From: Octopus bimaculoides
Taxonomy: Eukaryota
Assembly (NCBI RefSeq): GCF_001194135.2
Contig: NC_068992.1
Location: forward strand, 22,095,662 to 22,154,300
Length of the DNA: 58,639 bases
Direction: 5' to 3'
Part shown: positions 11,188 through 22,622 of the stretch, piece by piece
Numbering within the stretch: position 1 is the first letter of the stretch
Layout of the letters: every line of letters begins with the position of its first letter
The notes under the pieces: generated by a model
The model's database searches: none
Told to the model about the DNA's origin: nothing
The model's input: only the letters and a program-made list of their open reading frames with translations
Made by a program: the position numbers and the translations under genes

Positions 11188-12471
11188 CTAAAGGAGAGAA
11201 ATAATTCAATATTAAAATATATGTTTATATGGATATCAGAAAAAATACGGAAAGCAAAAAGAAAAAAAAAGACTCGCATTCTCAGCATCACAATGATTTT
11301 TGTTCTGTGCGGAGAAGACTTATCAAACCAAGTGAAATTGTAATCGTAGTCGTGGCCGTTGCTGGTGCCATGTAAATGGCACACTGCCGGTGTCGTGTAA
11401 ATGGCACCTGTGAAATTGTAGTTGTGGCTATTGCCATTGTCATGTAAATGGCACCTGTGCTGGTGGCATGTAAAAAAGCACCCATTACACTCTCAGAGTG
11501 ATTGGTGTTAGGAAAGGCATCCAGATATAGAAATCATGCCAAATCAGACTGGAGTCTGGTGTAGCTCTCCAGTTTACCAGTTCCAGTGAAACCATCTAAC
11601 CCATACCAGTATGGAAAGTGGACGTTAAATGGTGATGACATCGATGATAAGTACTTATGTAATCTTAGTCATTGCTTGTTAAGAATAAATGACGTTTTGT
11701 GTTTTACCACATGAAGAATACATTTCAAAAGTGAAGTGAGGAAGTTTTTACAATAAACACAATCAACAATGATGAGGTGTTGTGACACACACAAAAACAC
11801 ATCTAGACATGGCAAAGCAGTCTCAATACACATCATAATCTTTCAGCAAACACAGGGATGGAGATATAAATGGGCAAATGGGTTATGTAGGATGTACCTT
11901 GTCATTTGGCAAAACAACTTTTTTTTAGCCACAAGGAAAAGTAGTGGTAAGGACCCTTGACTGGGTCTCTGAAACTTGAAGGAGGGCAAGGGGGAGGTTA
12001 TGGGAAGGACCCTTCATTGGGTCTCTGAAAAATGAGAGAGGATGAGAGGAAAGGTAGTAGGAAGGACCTTTCACTGGGTCTCTGGAACAAATGGGAGGCA
12101 GAGAGAAAGGGCTCCTTAGATTGGGAGATCTGGCTGAAGTGTCTGCAACAGAAGGGATTCTGCTAACAACAGCCAAGTGCCAGGTAGTGGTGTTAAACCA
12201 GAAATTGATGGTGCCAGAGGACAGCTTCATCAGGGTTGACCAGGGGCTGCACAACAATAACAACAATATCTGGATGATGATGAATGTTAATAGAAAAGAA
12301 CCCATTCAAACAATGAAGCAAGATGCCTGTCAGCAATATAAACATGAGTTCTTTTATATGCCTCAAGTCCATATGAGAAGTCCTCTCATGTTAAATAATA
12401 CAGTATTGCGTGTTCTAACACAAACATCCATCATAAGTGGAAGATAAATATTACTTTGGTATTAACACTGC

Positions 12472-12848
12472 TTCTACTCTTTTACTTGTTTCAGTCATTT
12501 GACTGCGGCCATGCTGGAGCACCACCTTTAGTCGAGCAAATCGACCATGGGACTTATTCTTTTTAAGCCTAGTACTTATTCTATTGGTCTCTTTTGCCGA
12601 ACTGCTAAGGGACAGGGACCTAAACACACCAGCATTGGTTGTCAAGCAATGCTAGGGGTACGAACACACACACACACACACATATATATAACAGGCTTCT
12701 TTCAGTTTCCGCCTACCAAATCCACTCACAAGGCTTTGGTCGGCCCGAGGCTATAGTAGAAGACACTTGCCCAAGATGTCATGCAGTGGGACTGAACCCG
12801 AAACCATGTGGTTGGTAAGCAAGCTACTTACCACACAGCCACTCCTGT
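12472..12848 (-). mobile_element. Composite tRNA-derived SINE: tRNA/CORE-like head, internal (CA/TA)n, conserved tail (family 'A-B')
   Basis: Head ggagtggctgtgtggtaagtagcttgc...ggttcagtcccac...ttgggcaagtgtctt; tail ...ccagcatggccgcagtcaaatgactgaaacaagtaaaaga. Other copies at about 865-1090, 9795-10020, 19965-20340, 20455-20735, 22945-23400, 27400-27700, 43045-43410, 43800-44055 and 54090-54472. Confidence 0.85.
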
Positions 12849-13499
12849 GACTTCTGTTGCTTTAATTATTTTTCATATGCTCACAGGGTATTTGCAACCA
12901 GTTAAAAAAGGGTAAAGACCCCCTTTGGTCATCAATGACCATGGGATTGCACTTAGAAAGCTACCCTCCGAAGCACAAGTCCAGGCAAGGTTGTTTATGG
13001 AAGACAAGCAGTTGCTCATGTATATCAGCCTCTTCTCTCTCCATGCCACCGATGTTATCCAAAGGAAAGGCTGCTACAGCTTGGCACCAATGGCACTGTT
13101 ACTCATTTCTAGAGCTGAGTGAACTGGAGCAACATGAAATAAAGTGTCTTGTTCAAGAACACAACGTAGAGCCTGGTCTGGGAATCAAACTTACTACCTC
13201 ATGATTGTGCACCTGACACTCTAACCACTGAGCCATGTGCCTTCACTTGAAACCAACACCTGAATAGATTCTCTATATTACTGACAGAGGAATCAGCTGC
13301 TATGTCTAGCTGGATGTCTGTCATTGACAAGCCCAAGGAAGAGCAAAGTCACATGATCTGGCTGTTCTGGTGGTCAGTGAGATGAACGAGTGCTTTAATG
13401 CATTACAAGTTCTCTCATGATAAATAATGCAGTATTGTGCATTCTAATGCAACATTCACTTTGAGTGAGAAATAAAGTTGAAATGTTTCTGTGACTCAC

Positions 13500-13697
13500 C
13501 TATCATGTCAACTGCTTGAACCATTTTCTCGATTTCATCAGGACAGATGTCTGGACAATGAGTGAAACCAAAATAGATTAACACCCATTGACCAAAGAAA
13601 TCTTTATTAGATTTAGGTTGATTGTTGTGGTCAATGAGAGACCATGGGCCTCCTAAGGCAGCTTTGCCGAGTTGTCGACTTCTTTCCTTGGCCAATC
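13500..13697 (-). CDS. SCO1: SCO1 exon with CxxxC copper site ([66 protein letters not shown])
   Basis: ORF 13456-13695; poly-T tract with aag| acceptor, |gtgagt donor, 198 bp, phase 1/1; [14 protein letters not shown] is diagnostic of Sco1/SenC. Confidence 0.97.
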
Positions 13698-15022
13698 CTT
13701 TAAAAAAAAAGAAAAAAAAAAAAGAAAAAAAAACATTACTGTAAATACAAAATCAAAACATACTTGGAATTATAAAATTTATCAATTAAGGATAAAAGTA
13801 AATTAAAACTATATTATTATTATTATTATTAAAACAAGTCAGGCAACATATCTTGCAGTATTTAGCCATGTTTCTTTATGTTGAGGGTTCAAATTCCATC
13901 GAGGATGACTGCTTTTTATTCTTTTAGGGCTACCCAAATGTATCACGGATTACATTCACAAATGCTAAGTAGGGGTGAGATGGGGATAGACCGCTGCTAC
14001 TCAGAATATAGCATAGTACTTACATGTGTTTTATGCATGGTGGAGTCTTCTGCCTGGCCAGTTCCCATCAAACTATCCAACCCATGCCAGCATGGAAGGA
14101 GGACATTAAATGATGATGACGATGGTAAACTCAAAAGCCCTGTGGGCCAGCAGTTCCCAACGTTTTTGCACTTGTGACCCCTTACCTAAAAGCTTGAAAC
14201 CCATGTAGCCCCTTACTATCAGTTGATATGTTGAAATTAATATTATCCCAATCCACTTCCAGCAAGGCTATGTGACCCCTGCTGTGGGCAGTATAAATTG
14301 TAATTACGCTACTGTGTTCAATACCTAACATGTCCTTCCTATTATTCTAAGATGTATGGATGTAAATTGTGAAGGTGCATGGCTTAGTGGTTAAGGGTAT
14401 TCACTCACGACTGTAAGGTCGTGAGTTCGATTTCCAGCCTTGCGTTGTGTCCTCGAGCAAGAAACTTTATTTCATGTTTCTCCACTTCACTCAGCTGGCA
14501 AAAATGAATAGTACCAGCCTTATCCCATTTTGTGTCATGCTGAATCGCCTTGAGAACTACATTAAGGGTACACGTGTGTGTGTGTGTGTGTAGTGCTCAG
14601 CAACTTGCATGTTAATTTCATGAGAAGGCTGTTCCATTGATGGGATCAACTGAAACCCTTCTCACCGTAAGTGATGGAGTGCCAGTTATGGATGTCAATT
14701 AATGGAGATTACGTTGTTATTTCTAGCAAGTTGAACAACTGCTGAGAACCTCATTTGCGATGACAGTGACAATGCTAATAGTTTAATGTCTGTTGTCCAT
14801 GCTGGCATGCGGGGAGGCTGTGCCAGGATCCAATCTGATTTGGCATGGTTTTCTATGGCTAGATGCCCTTCCTAACGCCAAAGAGTGTAAAGGGTGCTTT
14901 TACATGCCACTGGCACGGGTGCCATTTGCGTGACACCAGTATCTGCCACAATTGCAATTTTGCTCGGCTTGATGAGCCTTCTTCTCAAGCACAACATAAT
15001 GCCAAAGGTCTTGGTCATTGCC

Positions 15023-15660
15023 TCCACGAGGTCCAACGCTCGAAAGGAACTCAGCCACCTCGCCTCTGTGTGGCCCAACACTCGAAAGGAACTCAGCCAC
15101 CTCGCCTCTCTGAGGCCCAACACTCAAAAGGAACTCAGTCACTTTGCCTCCATGAGGTCCAACGCTCAAAAGGAACTCAGCCACCTCGCCTCCNNNNNNN
15201 NNNNNNNNNNNNNNNNNNNNNNNNNNNNNNNNNNNNNNNNTCCATGAGGTCCAACGCTCAAAAGGAACTCAGCCACCTCGCCTCTCTGAGGCCCAACACT
15301 CGATAGGAACTCAATCACTCTGCCTCCATGAGGTCCAACACTCAAAAGGAACTCAGCCACCTCACCTCTCTGAGGCCCAACACTCAAAAGGAACTCAGTC
15401 ACTTTGCCTCCATGAGGTCCAACGCTCAAAAGGAACTCAGTCACTTTGCCTCCATGAGGTCCAACGCTCAAAAGGAACTCAGCCACCTCGCCTCTCTGAG
15501 GCCCAACACTCAAAAGGAACACAGTCACTTTGCCTCCATGAGGTCCAACGCTCAAAAGGAACTCAGCCACCTCGCCTCCATGAGGCCCAACGCTCAAAAG
15601 GAACTCAGCCACCTCACCTCTCTGAGGCCCAACACTCGATAGGAACTCGGCCACTTTGCC
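15023..15660. repeat. 42-bp minisatellite, about 15 units, two variant types, 47-N gap inside
   Basis: Units tccatgaggtccaacgctcaaaaggaactcagccacctcgcc and tctctgaggcccaacactcaaaaggaactcagtcactttgcc. Confidence 0.95.
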
Positions 15661-15681
15661 TTCATGGCGATAATAATTAAT

Positions 15682-15909
15682 TCAACTCTTTAGCATTTAA
15701 ATTGGCCATATCTGGCCCAAATATTCAACCTGTTTTATGTAAAAACTGACCAGATCCAACCTCTTACCTTATCCTACAATGTCATTCTAAATATATACAA
15801 ACACACCACTGAAATCTTGAAGCTACAAGGTAATGTGTGATTAATTCAAATCAATGTGAAATAAATAAACAACGTATTCAACAAAGAAATCTGAATGCTA
15901 AAAGGTTAA
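15682..15909. mobile_element. MITE with (T)TAACCCTTTAGCATT-type TIRs, piggyBac-like TTAA ends
   Basis: Left tcaactctttagcattt and right gaatgctaaaaggttaa are imperfect inverted termini. Confidence 0.55.
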
Positions 15910-16176
15910 ATATTCATTTTAAATCTTCATACATGGCCAACATTTTTGAGGGGAGGGGCAATTTGATTACATTGACCATAGTACTCAACTGGTACTTTAT
16001 TTTATCGAACCCAAAAGAATGAAAGGTAAAAGTCAACCATGGCAGTATTTGAACCCAGAACCCATAAATAACAAAGAAATACTGTTACGTATTTGGTCCG
16101 ATATTCTAACGATTCTACCAGCTTGCTGCCGTATCATAATTAAATGTTATAATAGGATTCATAATTAGATATTTAC

Positions 16177-16267
16177 TTAGCTCTTTTGCTTGTTTGAAAT
16201 AGAACATTGCCATCGTAAATACACCACCAATAGCAGCTGTAATGATCACTGTTTTCCATGATATTGG
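16177..16267 (-). CDS. SCO1: SCO1 transmembrane exon (PISWKTVIITAAIGGVFTMAMFYFKQAKEL)
   Basis: Within ORF 16115-16621; tttttcag| acceptor, |gtaaat donor, 91 bp, phase 0/1; resembles the Sco1 P.SWK...GG TM helix and joins the next exon in frame. Confidence 0.92.
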
Positions 16268-16498
16268 CTGAAAAATAGAAAATACATCCAAAGAAAAATC
16301 AATATTTTTATACAACAAAATTGATCTGATTCTAAGTGATTCGTTTATGACAGAGAAGGTGCCAGAACCAATAAAATAACTTCTTGATTTCACAAGTGTT
16401 TTAATGTCTTGTAACAAAAATTCATCAAGCGGTTTTATAATTGAACTGCAATTAAATGTGTCTTCATAATGTTGCAAGTTTTTCAGCGACTTAGTGAA

Positions 16499-16536
<38 letters not shown>

Positions 16537-16537
16537 T

Positions 16538-16873
16538 GAGACCCCCTTCGGTCATGACTGACCATGGGATTGCACCTAGAAAGTTACCCTCCCAGGTACA
16601 AGTCCAGGCAAGGTTGTTCATGGAAGACCAGCAGTCGCCAATGCATACCGGCCTCCCCTCTCCATGCCACCGATGTTATCCAAGAGAAAGGCAAAGGCCG
16701 ATACAGCTTGGCACCTGTGATGTCGCAACTCACTTCTACAGCTGAGTGAATGGGAGCAATGTGAAATAAAGTGTCTTGCTCAAGAACACAACACGTAGCC
16801 CGGTCCGGGATTCGAACTCACAACCTCATGATTGTAAGCTCGACGCTCTAACCACTGAGCCATGCACCTTCAC
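16538..16873 (-). mobile_element. tRNA-derived SINE family 'E' (copies at 12911-13246 - and partial 10335-10500 -)
   Basis: A box TGGCTCAGTGGTTAGAGC, B box GTTCGAATCCC, gtgttcttgagcaagacactt domain, 3' end ...catgaccgaaggggg. Confidence 0.85.
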
Positions 16874-16875
16874 AT

Positions 16876-16911
<36 letters not shown>

Positions 16912-17789
16912 TGTATACATGTCCATCATCATTGTTATTACGTCTTCTTAATAGGTCATATGGGAATTTAGTAGGAAGGGTTTTATAGTCCGATTCCCTT
17001 CCTGGCACCAAACCTTTTAAACTACCATCTGTAACATGCAAATATATGGTGTACCTGCTAAAAGATATGGGATACTCAATAATGATTTACACACACGCGT
17101 GCGCACACATACACACACACACACGTTTTTACTTCAGAAATTTAATACATCACATAATCACTACAGTAAATTGCTTCTTAGGATTCACTCATTGACTAAC
17201 AAGTGTAGTGAGAAACTCGAACAAATAAATATGTGATGTGCTGACCAGACAGCAATGACCCAGAAACAGCTAACAGCAATGAAGATAGCTCGGATGACAA
17301 AAGTGGTTTATAAGACAGATTTAATAGACTAAAGACAGAATGTTCAACTGTCTGTGACACTCTTAAGAGAGAGATTTCCTATTAAGGTTTAGTTTTAAAG
17401 AAGAGAGGTTAAAGGGTCATTGACTTTTTCTCATGCACACACTCTCTTTCTTCCTCTGAATACATTGGAGGTAGTGGGAACATTACTAATCTCCATAACA
17501 CAGACACACATACATGTATGTATGTATATCATCATCATCAACATTTAATGTCTGTTTTCCATGTTGGCAGAGTTTAGATGGCTTGAAAAGAACTAGCAAG
17601 ACCTGGGTCCACACCAGGTTCCAGTGTCTGTTTTGTCTTGGTTTCTATGACTCTATATATACACACACACACATATTTATACACATACACACACACACAC
17701 ATACATACAGAGTGTGGTGAATAAACTGTCGCCTAAATTATGCAAAAATGAAAATAACACTGACATCTCGTTATAACAGATATATTCAG

Positions 17790-19040
17790 AAAAGAAGTTT
17801 CAGGTACGGAAGCAAGGTCTAGAACTGAAGGGCCTTAGAGTTAACCTAGCAAAAACCAAAGTCTTAGTTAAGTAGGAAGGCAAACAAAGCACAAATCCCT
17901 TCAGGTAGATGACCCTGCTCGATCTGAAGGAAAGGCATAGGTAGAAACTCCATAAGATGTACCCAGTGTAAGCTATGGACACAGAAGGGCAGCAATATCA
18001 GAGGAAGTTTAACAGAGAAAATAGCTTTTGTGTGTGAAGATACACAGGTACAATAAACACCGAAAATGTACAGAAAATAGACTGCCAGGTGTGTAAGCTA
18101 GAGGTAGTAGATAGCTTCCATTATCTAGGTGACCAAGTTAGTAGTAGAGGTGGATGCTCCGAGAGCGTAGCTATGAGAAAAAGATTAGGCTGGGCAAAAT
18201 TCAGAGAGCTCCTACCTCTGCTGGCAACAAAGGGCCTCTCCCACAGAGTGAAAGGTAGATTGCATGATACCTGTGTGTACAGCTATGCAACACAGCAGTG
18301 AAACATGGGCTGTGACAGCCAAGGACATGCCTAGGCTTGAGAGATATGAAGCCAGTATGCTTTGCGGCATGTGCAATGTCAGTGTGCATGTATAACAGAG
18401 TGTAAGCATCTTAAGAGGCATCAGGTATGGCATGCAAGAGAGATGACTGCACTAGTATGGTCATGCAATGCATGTGGATGAGAACGGTTGTATAAAGAAG
18501 TGCCGATTACTAACTGTAGAGGGAACATGTGGTAGAGGTAGACCCAGGAAAGCATGGGACAAGGTAGTGAAGCATGATCTTCGAACTGTAGGCCTCAGAG
18601 GGGCAATACCTAGTGACTGAGACCTTTGGCGATATGCTGTGCTTGAGAAGACCCATCAAGCCAAGTAAAATCGTAGTCATGGCTGATGCTGATGTCATGT
18701 AAAAAGCATCTTTCGAGCATTAGACCTCATAGAAGCAACGTGGCTGATACCAGTGGCATGTAAAGAGCTCCTTTAGCATTACGTTCTGTATGAGAAGAAG
18801 ACCCATCAAGTCAAGTAAAATCACAGTCATGGTAGATACCAGTGTCACGCAAACGGCAACCGTGCCAGTGGCATGTAAAAGCACCCATTACACACTTTGA
18901 GTGGTTGGCGTTAGGAAGGGCATCCAGCCATAGAAACCATGCCAAATCAGACTGGAGTCTGGTACAGCTTCCCAGCTTGCCAGCCCTGGTCAAACCATCC
19001 AACCCATGCCAGCATGGACAACAGACATTAAATGATGATA
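17790..19040 (+). mobile_element. 5'-truncated, decayed RTE-clade LINE (post-RT region, Cys-rich segment, 3' UTR, GAT tail)
   Basis: KGLRVNLAKTKVL, RCTQCKLWT, LEVVDSFHYLGD, GWAKFRELLPLL and GRGRPRKAW with stops and frameshifts; then ggcgttaggaagggcatccagc and a ttaaatgatgat tail. Confidence 0.9.
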
Positions 19041-20779
19041 TATAAGAGCTTTGGTCAAAAGCATATCAGCTGGAACTGTGGTAAGGGTTTGAATGCACAA
19101 CAGTCAATCCATTCATTTTGTTTGGTTTGGTTCACAAATAGTCCAATTATGTGTGTATAATAGGAAACTAGAGAGCGAGGGGGAGAAATTAGACAGAGTG
19201 GTGTTATCTTGTTAAAACTAATTATATATGACTGCCAAAGTTTACATTTGTAAAAGACTGGAACACGTAGAAAGTAAATGCTTAAAATAGGAGGAGGAGA
19301 AGAAATTTAAGTTATAATATGAAGCATACGTACACTGCTGTAGGAGTCTCCTTTTGAAAAATGCCTCAAATGGGATAGACTGTTGTTGTAAGTGATTGGT
19401 GGTTGGATCTGTGAATAGAATAATAGGATAATATATTACATCATTGAAATACAACAAAGTCCAATTTTACTGATGGTACAACTGCATCAAGTTACAACAC
19501 CATCTCACGAATGGTTCAGATACAACATTGCTGCGTGAATCAATATCTGTGGATGAATTAAATATTGGTTTTAAATTTTGGCACACGGCCAGCAATTGTT
19601 GGGGAGGGTGCTAGTTGATTACATCAACCCCAGTGCTCAACCATGGCTTATTTTATCGACCCTCGAAAAGATGAAAGGAAAAGTCGACCCCAGTGGCATT
19701 TGAACTCAGAACATATTGTTGGAAGAAATGTGACTAAGTATTTTTCTGACACAGTAACTGTCCAGCCTACAGGGTGGTTGGTGTTAGGAAGGGCATCCAG
19801 CTGTAAAAACCATAACAAAACAGACACAGTAGCTTGTACCTGGCTGGCTCTTGTCAAACAGTCCAACCCATGCCAACATGGAAGATGGTGATGAGCAATG
19901 ATTCTGCCAGCTCACTGCTCTACAGATGAACTAAATATTGTCAGCAACTTTTTTATAGAAATTAATTCAAAATGACTGTGGCCATGCTGGTGCACTGCCT
20001 TTAGTTGAACAAATCGACCCCAGAACTTATTCTTTGTAAGCCTAGTACTTATCCTATTGGTCTATTTTGCTGAACCGCTAAGTTATAGGGATGTAGACAT
20101 ACCGACATCAGTTGTCAAGTGATGGTGTGGGGTCAAACATATACATAAATAAATATATATATATATATATATACGACAGGCTTCTTTCAGTTTCCATCTA
20201 CAAAATCCACTCACATAGCTTTGGTTGGCCCAAGGCTATAGCATAAGACACTTGCCCAAGGTGCCACACATTGGGACTGAACCCAGAACTGTGTGATTGG
20301 TAAGCAAGCTTTCTTACCACAAAGCCACTCCTGTGCCTCTGTGCCATTTGATTATATTTATTTTATGTTTTAATATGAAGTAGTGAGAAAGGATCTCTGG
20401 ATGCTCCGAGAGATTTAGCTGTACTTGATAAGACACATCAAGCTAAGTAAAATCATAAGTCTAGTCCTTATTCTATTGGTTTCTTTTGTTAAACTATAAA
20501 ATGAGGATGTAAACAAACCAACACTGGTTGACACGCATTGGGGAGTAGCGACACACACACACACACTCATACATATGATGGGATTCCACACAGTTTCTGT
20601 CAACCAAAATTTCCTCTAAGGCATTGACTGACCCAGGACTATAGTAGAGGACACTTGCTCAAGATGCCATGCAGTGGGACTGAACCTGAAACCACAAGGT
20701 CGCAAATGAAGCTTTTTAACTACAAAGCCATGCCAAAAGTCAAAATCTGTTTTGAAAAGGTGAAGTGAAAATAGCTTAC

Positions 20780-20911
20780 CGGTAATCTTTGATTTTTATG
20801 ATAGAATTTTGGTCTGAGACTGGAAAATGACTGACAATTAGGAGGAAGAAGAAACGGTTTCACTGATAAACGGCCATGTGAAATACCAAATATTTGTTGT
20901 GGTCTGTAGCA
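20780..20911 (-). CDS. SCO1: Candidate upstream SCO1 exon, presequence-like (CYRPQQIFGISHGRLSVKPFLLPPNCQSFSSLRPKFYHKNQRLP); 5' boundary uncertain, in-frame ATG at 21016
   Basis: Strong phase-0 donor CCG|gtaagc at 20780 fits the phase-0 acceptor at 16267; the peptide is rich in R/K/S with no acidic residue; possible acceptor ttgcag| at 20912. Confidence 0.55.
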
Positions 20912-21289
20912 CTGCAATGATACATGATAAAAAGAATGAAATAAGATGACATATAATACAAGCTGAAACACAGAACACCTAGTTAGGGCACAAGTGCGGA
21001 AATGAAATTTGCTCATGGGGTGCAAACCCAGCTCCAACGGAGGATTTTCAGTGTGGTTTTATTTCCCCACCGTCCCACAAAATTTTAGTGGGTGCCCTTG
21101 CACCTTTTGTACTCCCTGTTCCAAAGCCTTTGGGTTAGGGTTCTAGTTAGGGGTTCAGTTTTATAAAGGGGACATATAAAGTCAACTGACCTAACCTCTA
21201 GGATATTATTAACCTTTTATTAGCTTCAGTTATTAAACCAAGACCATGCTGGAGTTCTGCCTTCACAAGTTGACCCAAGTATTTATTGA

Positions 21290-21990
21290 TCATCATCATC
21301 ATCATCGTCGTCGTTTAACGCCCGGTTTCCATGCTAGCATGGGCTGGATGGTTTGATTGAGGACTAGCAAGCCAGGAGGCTGCACCAGGCTCCAATCTGA
21401 TCTGGCAAGGCTTCTACAACTGGACACCCTTCCTAACAGCAACCATTCTGAGAGTGTAGTGGGTGCTTTTTACGTGCCACCAGCATGGGGGCCAGTGAGG
21501 CTGCAATGGCATCGACCACGCTCAAATGGTGCTTTTTACGTGCTACCAGCATGGGACCAGTCAGGTGGCACTGGCATCAACCGTGCTCATACGGTGCTTT
21601 TTGTGGGGTGCATTCTTCCCCTGGGAAGGTTTTGGCACTTATAAGTAGCCATCTTGCCCGTTTCCTGGCAAGAATGTAGTCAATCTAACTAGTGTCTCCA
21701 CCAGACTGGTAAGTGAGCAGGTGACTGGCAGGTTTCCTGAAGTTAGTATTACAGACCATAAAATCATTTGCATCACAAAACTCTAGCAGCTTGGTTTCCT
21801 CCTCATTGAGGGAACCAAATCCATAGCCACCACGTACATCATGGAAGCTCCTTGCATGTTGTCCAACATGCCCATTGAAGTCGCCAACCACAAAGAGAAG
21901 GTCCCTGTCATTCGTCGATGAGGTAGTCTGCAAGAGGGTGTCATAAAATCGGTCTTTCTGTTCATCAAGTAACCCTGGTTGATGAGCCTA
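21290..21990 (-). mobile_element. RTE apurinic-endonuclease fragment abutting an RTE 3' UTR
   Basis: ORF 21685-21933: VVGDFNGHVG...GGYGFGSLNEEETKLLEFCDANDFMVCNTNFRK...TYQSG; the 3' UTR family with (GAT)n tail lies at about 21290-21600. Confidence 0.85.
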
Positions 21991-22122
21991 AGCCGAGATT
22001 ATGGTTGCTAATCCATGTTGCTTAAGTATTCTATCAGCTTAACAGTTAAGTTAGAGACACAACATAAAACATCCTTATTCCTCTAGACAGGTGACAACAT
22101 AAATGCAGATATATGTACGAAA

Positions 22123-22166
<44 letters not shown>

Positions 22167-22170
<4 letters not shown>

Positions 22171-22566
22171 TCATCGTTTAACATCTGCTTTCCATGCTAG
22201 CATGTGTTGGACAATTTGACTGAGGACTGGCGAACCAGACGGCTACACCAGGCTCCAATCTGATCTGGCAGAGTTTCTACAGCTGGATGCCCTTCCTAAC
22301 ACCAACCACTCCGAGAGTGTAGTGGGTGCTTTTACATGCCACTGGCACGAGGGCCAGTCAGGTGGCACTGGCAATGGCCACATTCAAATGGTGTTTTTTA
22401 TGTGCCACCTGCACAGGAGCCAGTCCAGCAGCACTGGCAATGACCCTGCTCGAATATTTTATCCTGTGCCACTGGCACAAGTGCCAGTAAGGCGATGATG
22501 GTAACGATTATGCTCAAATTGGTGCTATTTACGTGCCACCGGCACGGAAGCCAGACAGCTGCTCTG
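22167..22566 (-). mobile_element. RTE 3' UTR fragment (other copies at about 2295-2425 +, 9187-9362 -, 11280-11645 +, 14040-14125 +, 14780-15030 -, 17519-17650 -, 19780-19890 +, 23810-23880 +)
   Basis: Shared catcatcgtttaac...ctggatgcccttcctaac...gggtgcttttac motif, the same as the 3' end of the coding RTE at 17790-19040. Confidence 0.8.
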
Positions 22567-22584
22567 GCACACACATACACACAC

Positions 22585-22622
<38 letters not shown>

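Noticed and set aside
11949-12087. CRISPR array
   Set aside because: Only three imperfect repeats, spacers resemble each other, no cas genes, and eukaryotic intronic context.
14863-15654. Repeat-protein ORFs
   Set aside because: By-products of the 42-bp minisatellite; open on both strands, no splice support.
16800-16873. tRNA gene (also 14369-14440 and 47022-47085)
   Set aside because: A and B boxes are present but there is no proper anticodon arm or acceptor stem, and each continues into a repeated SINE body.
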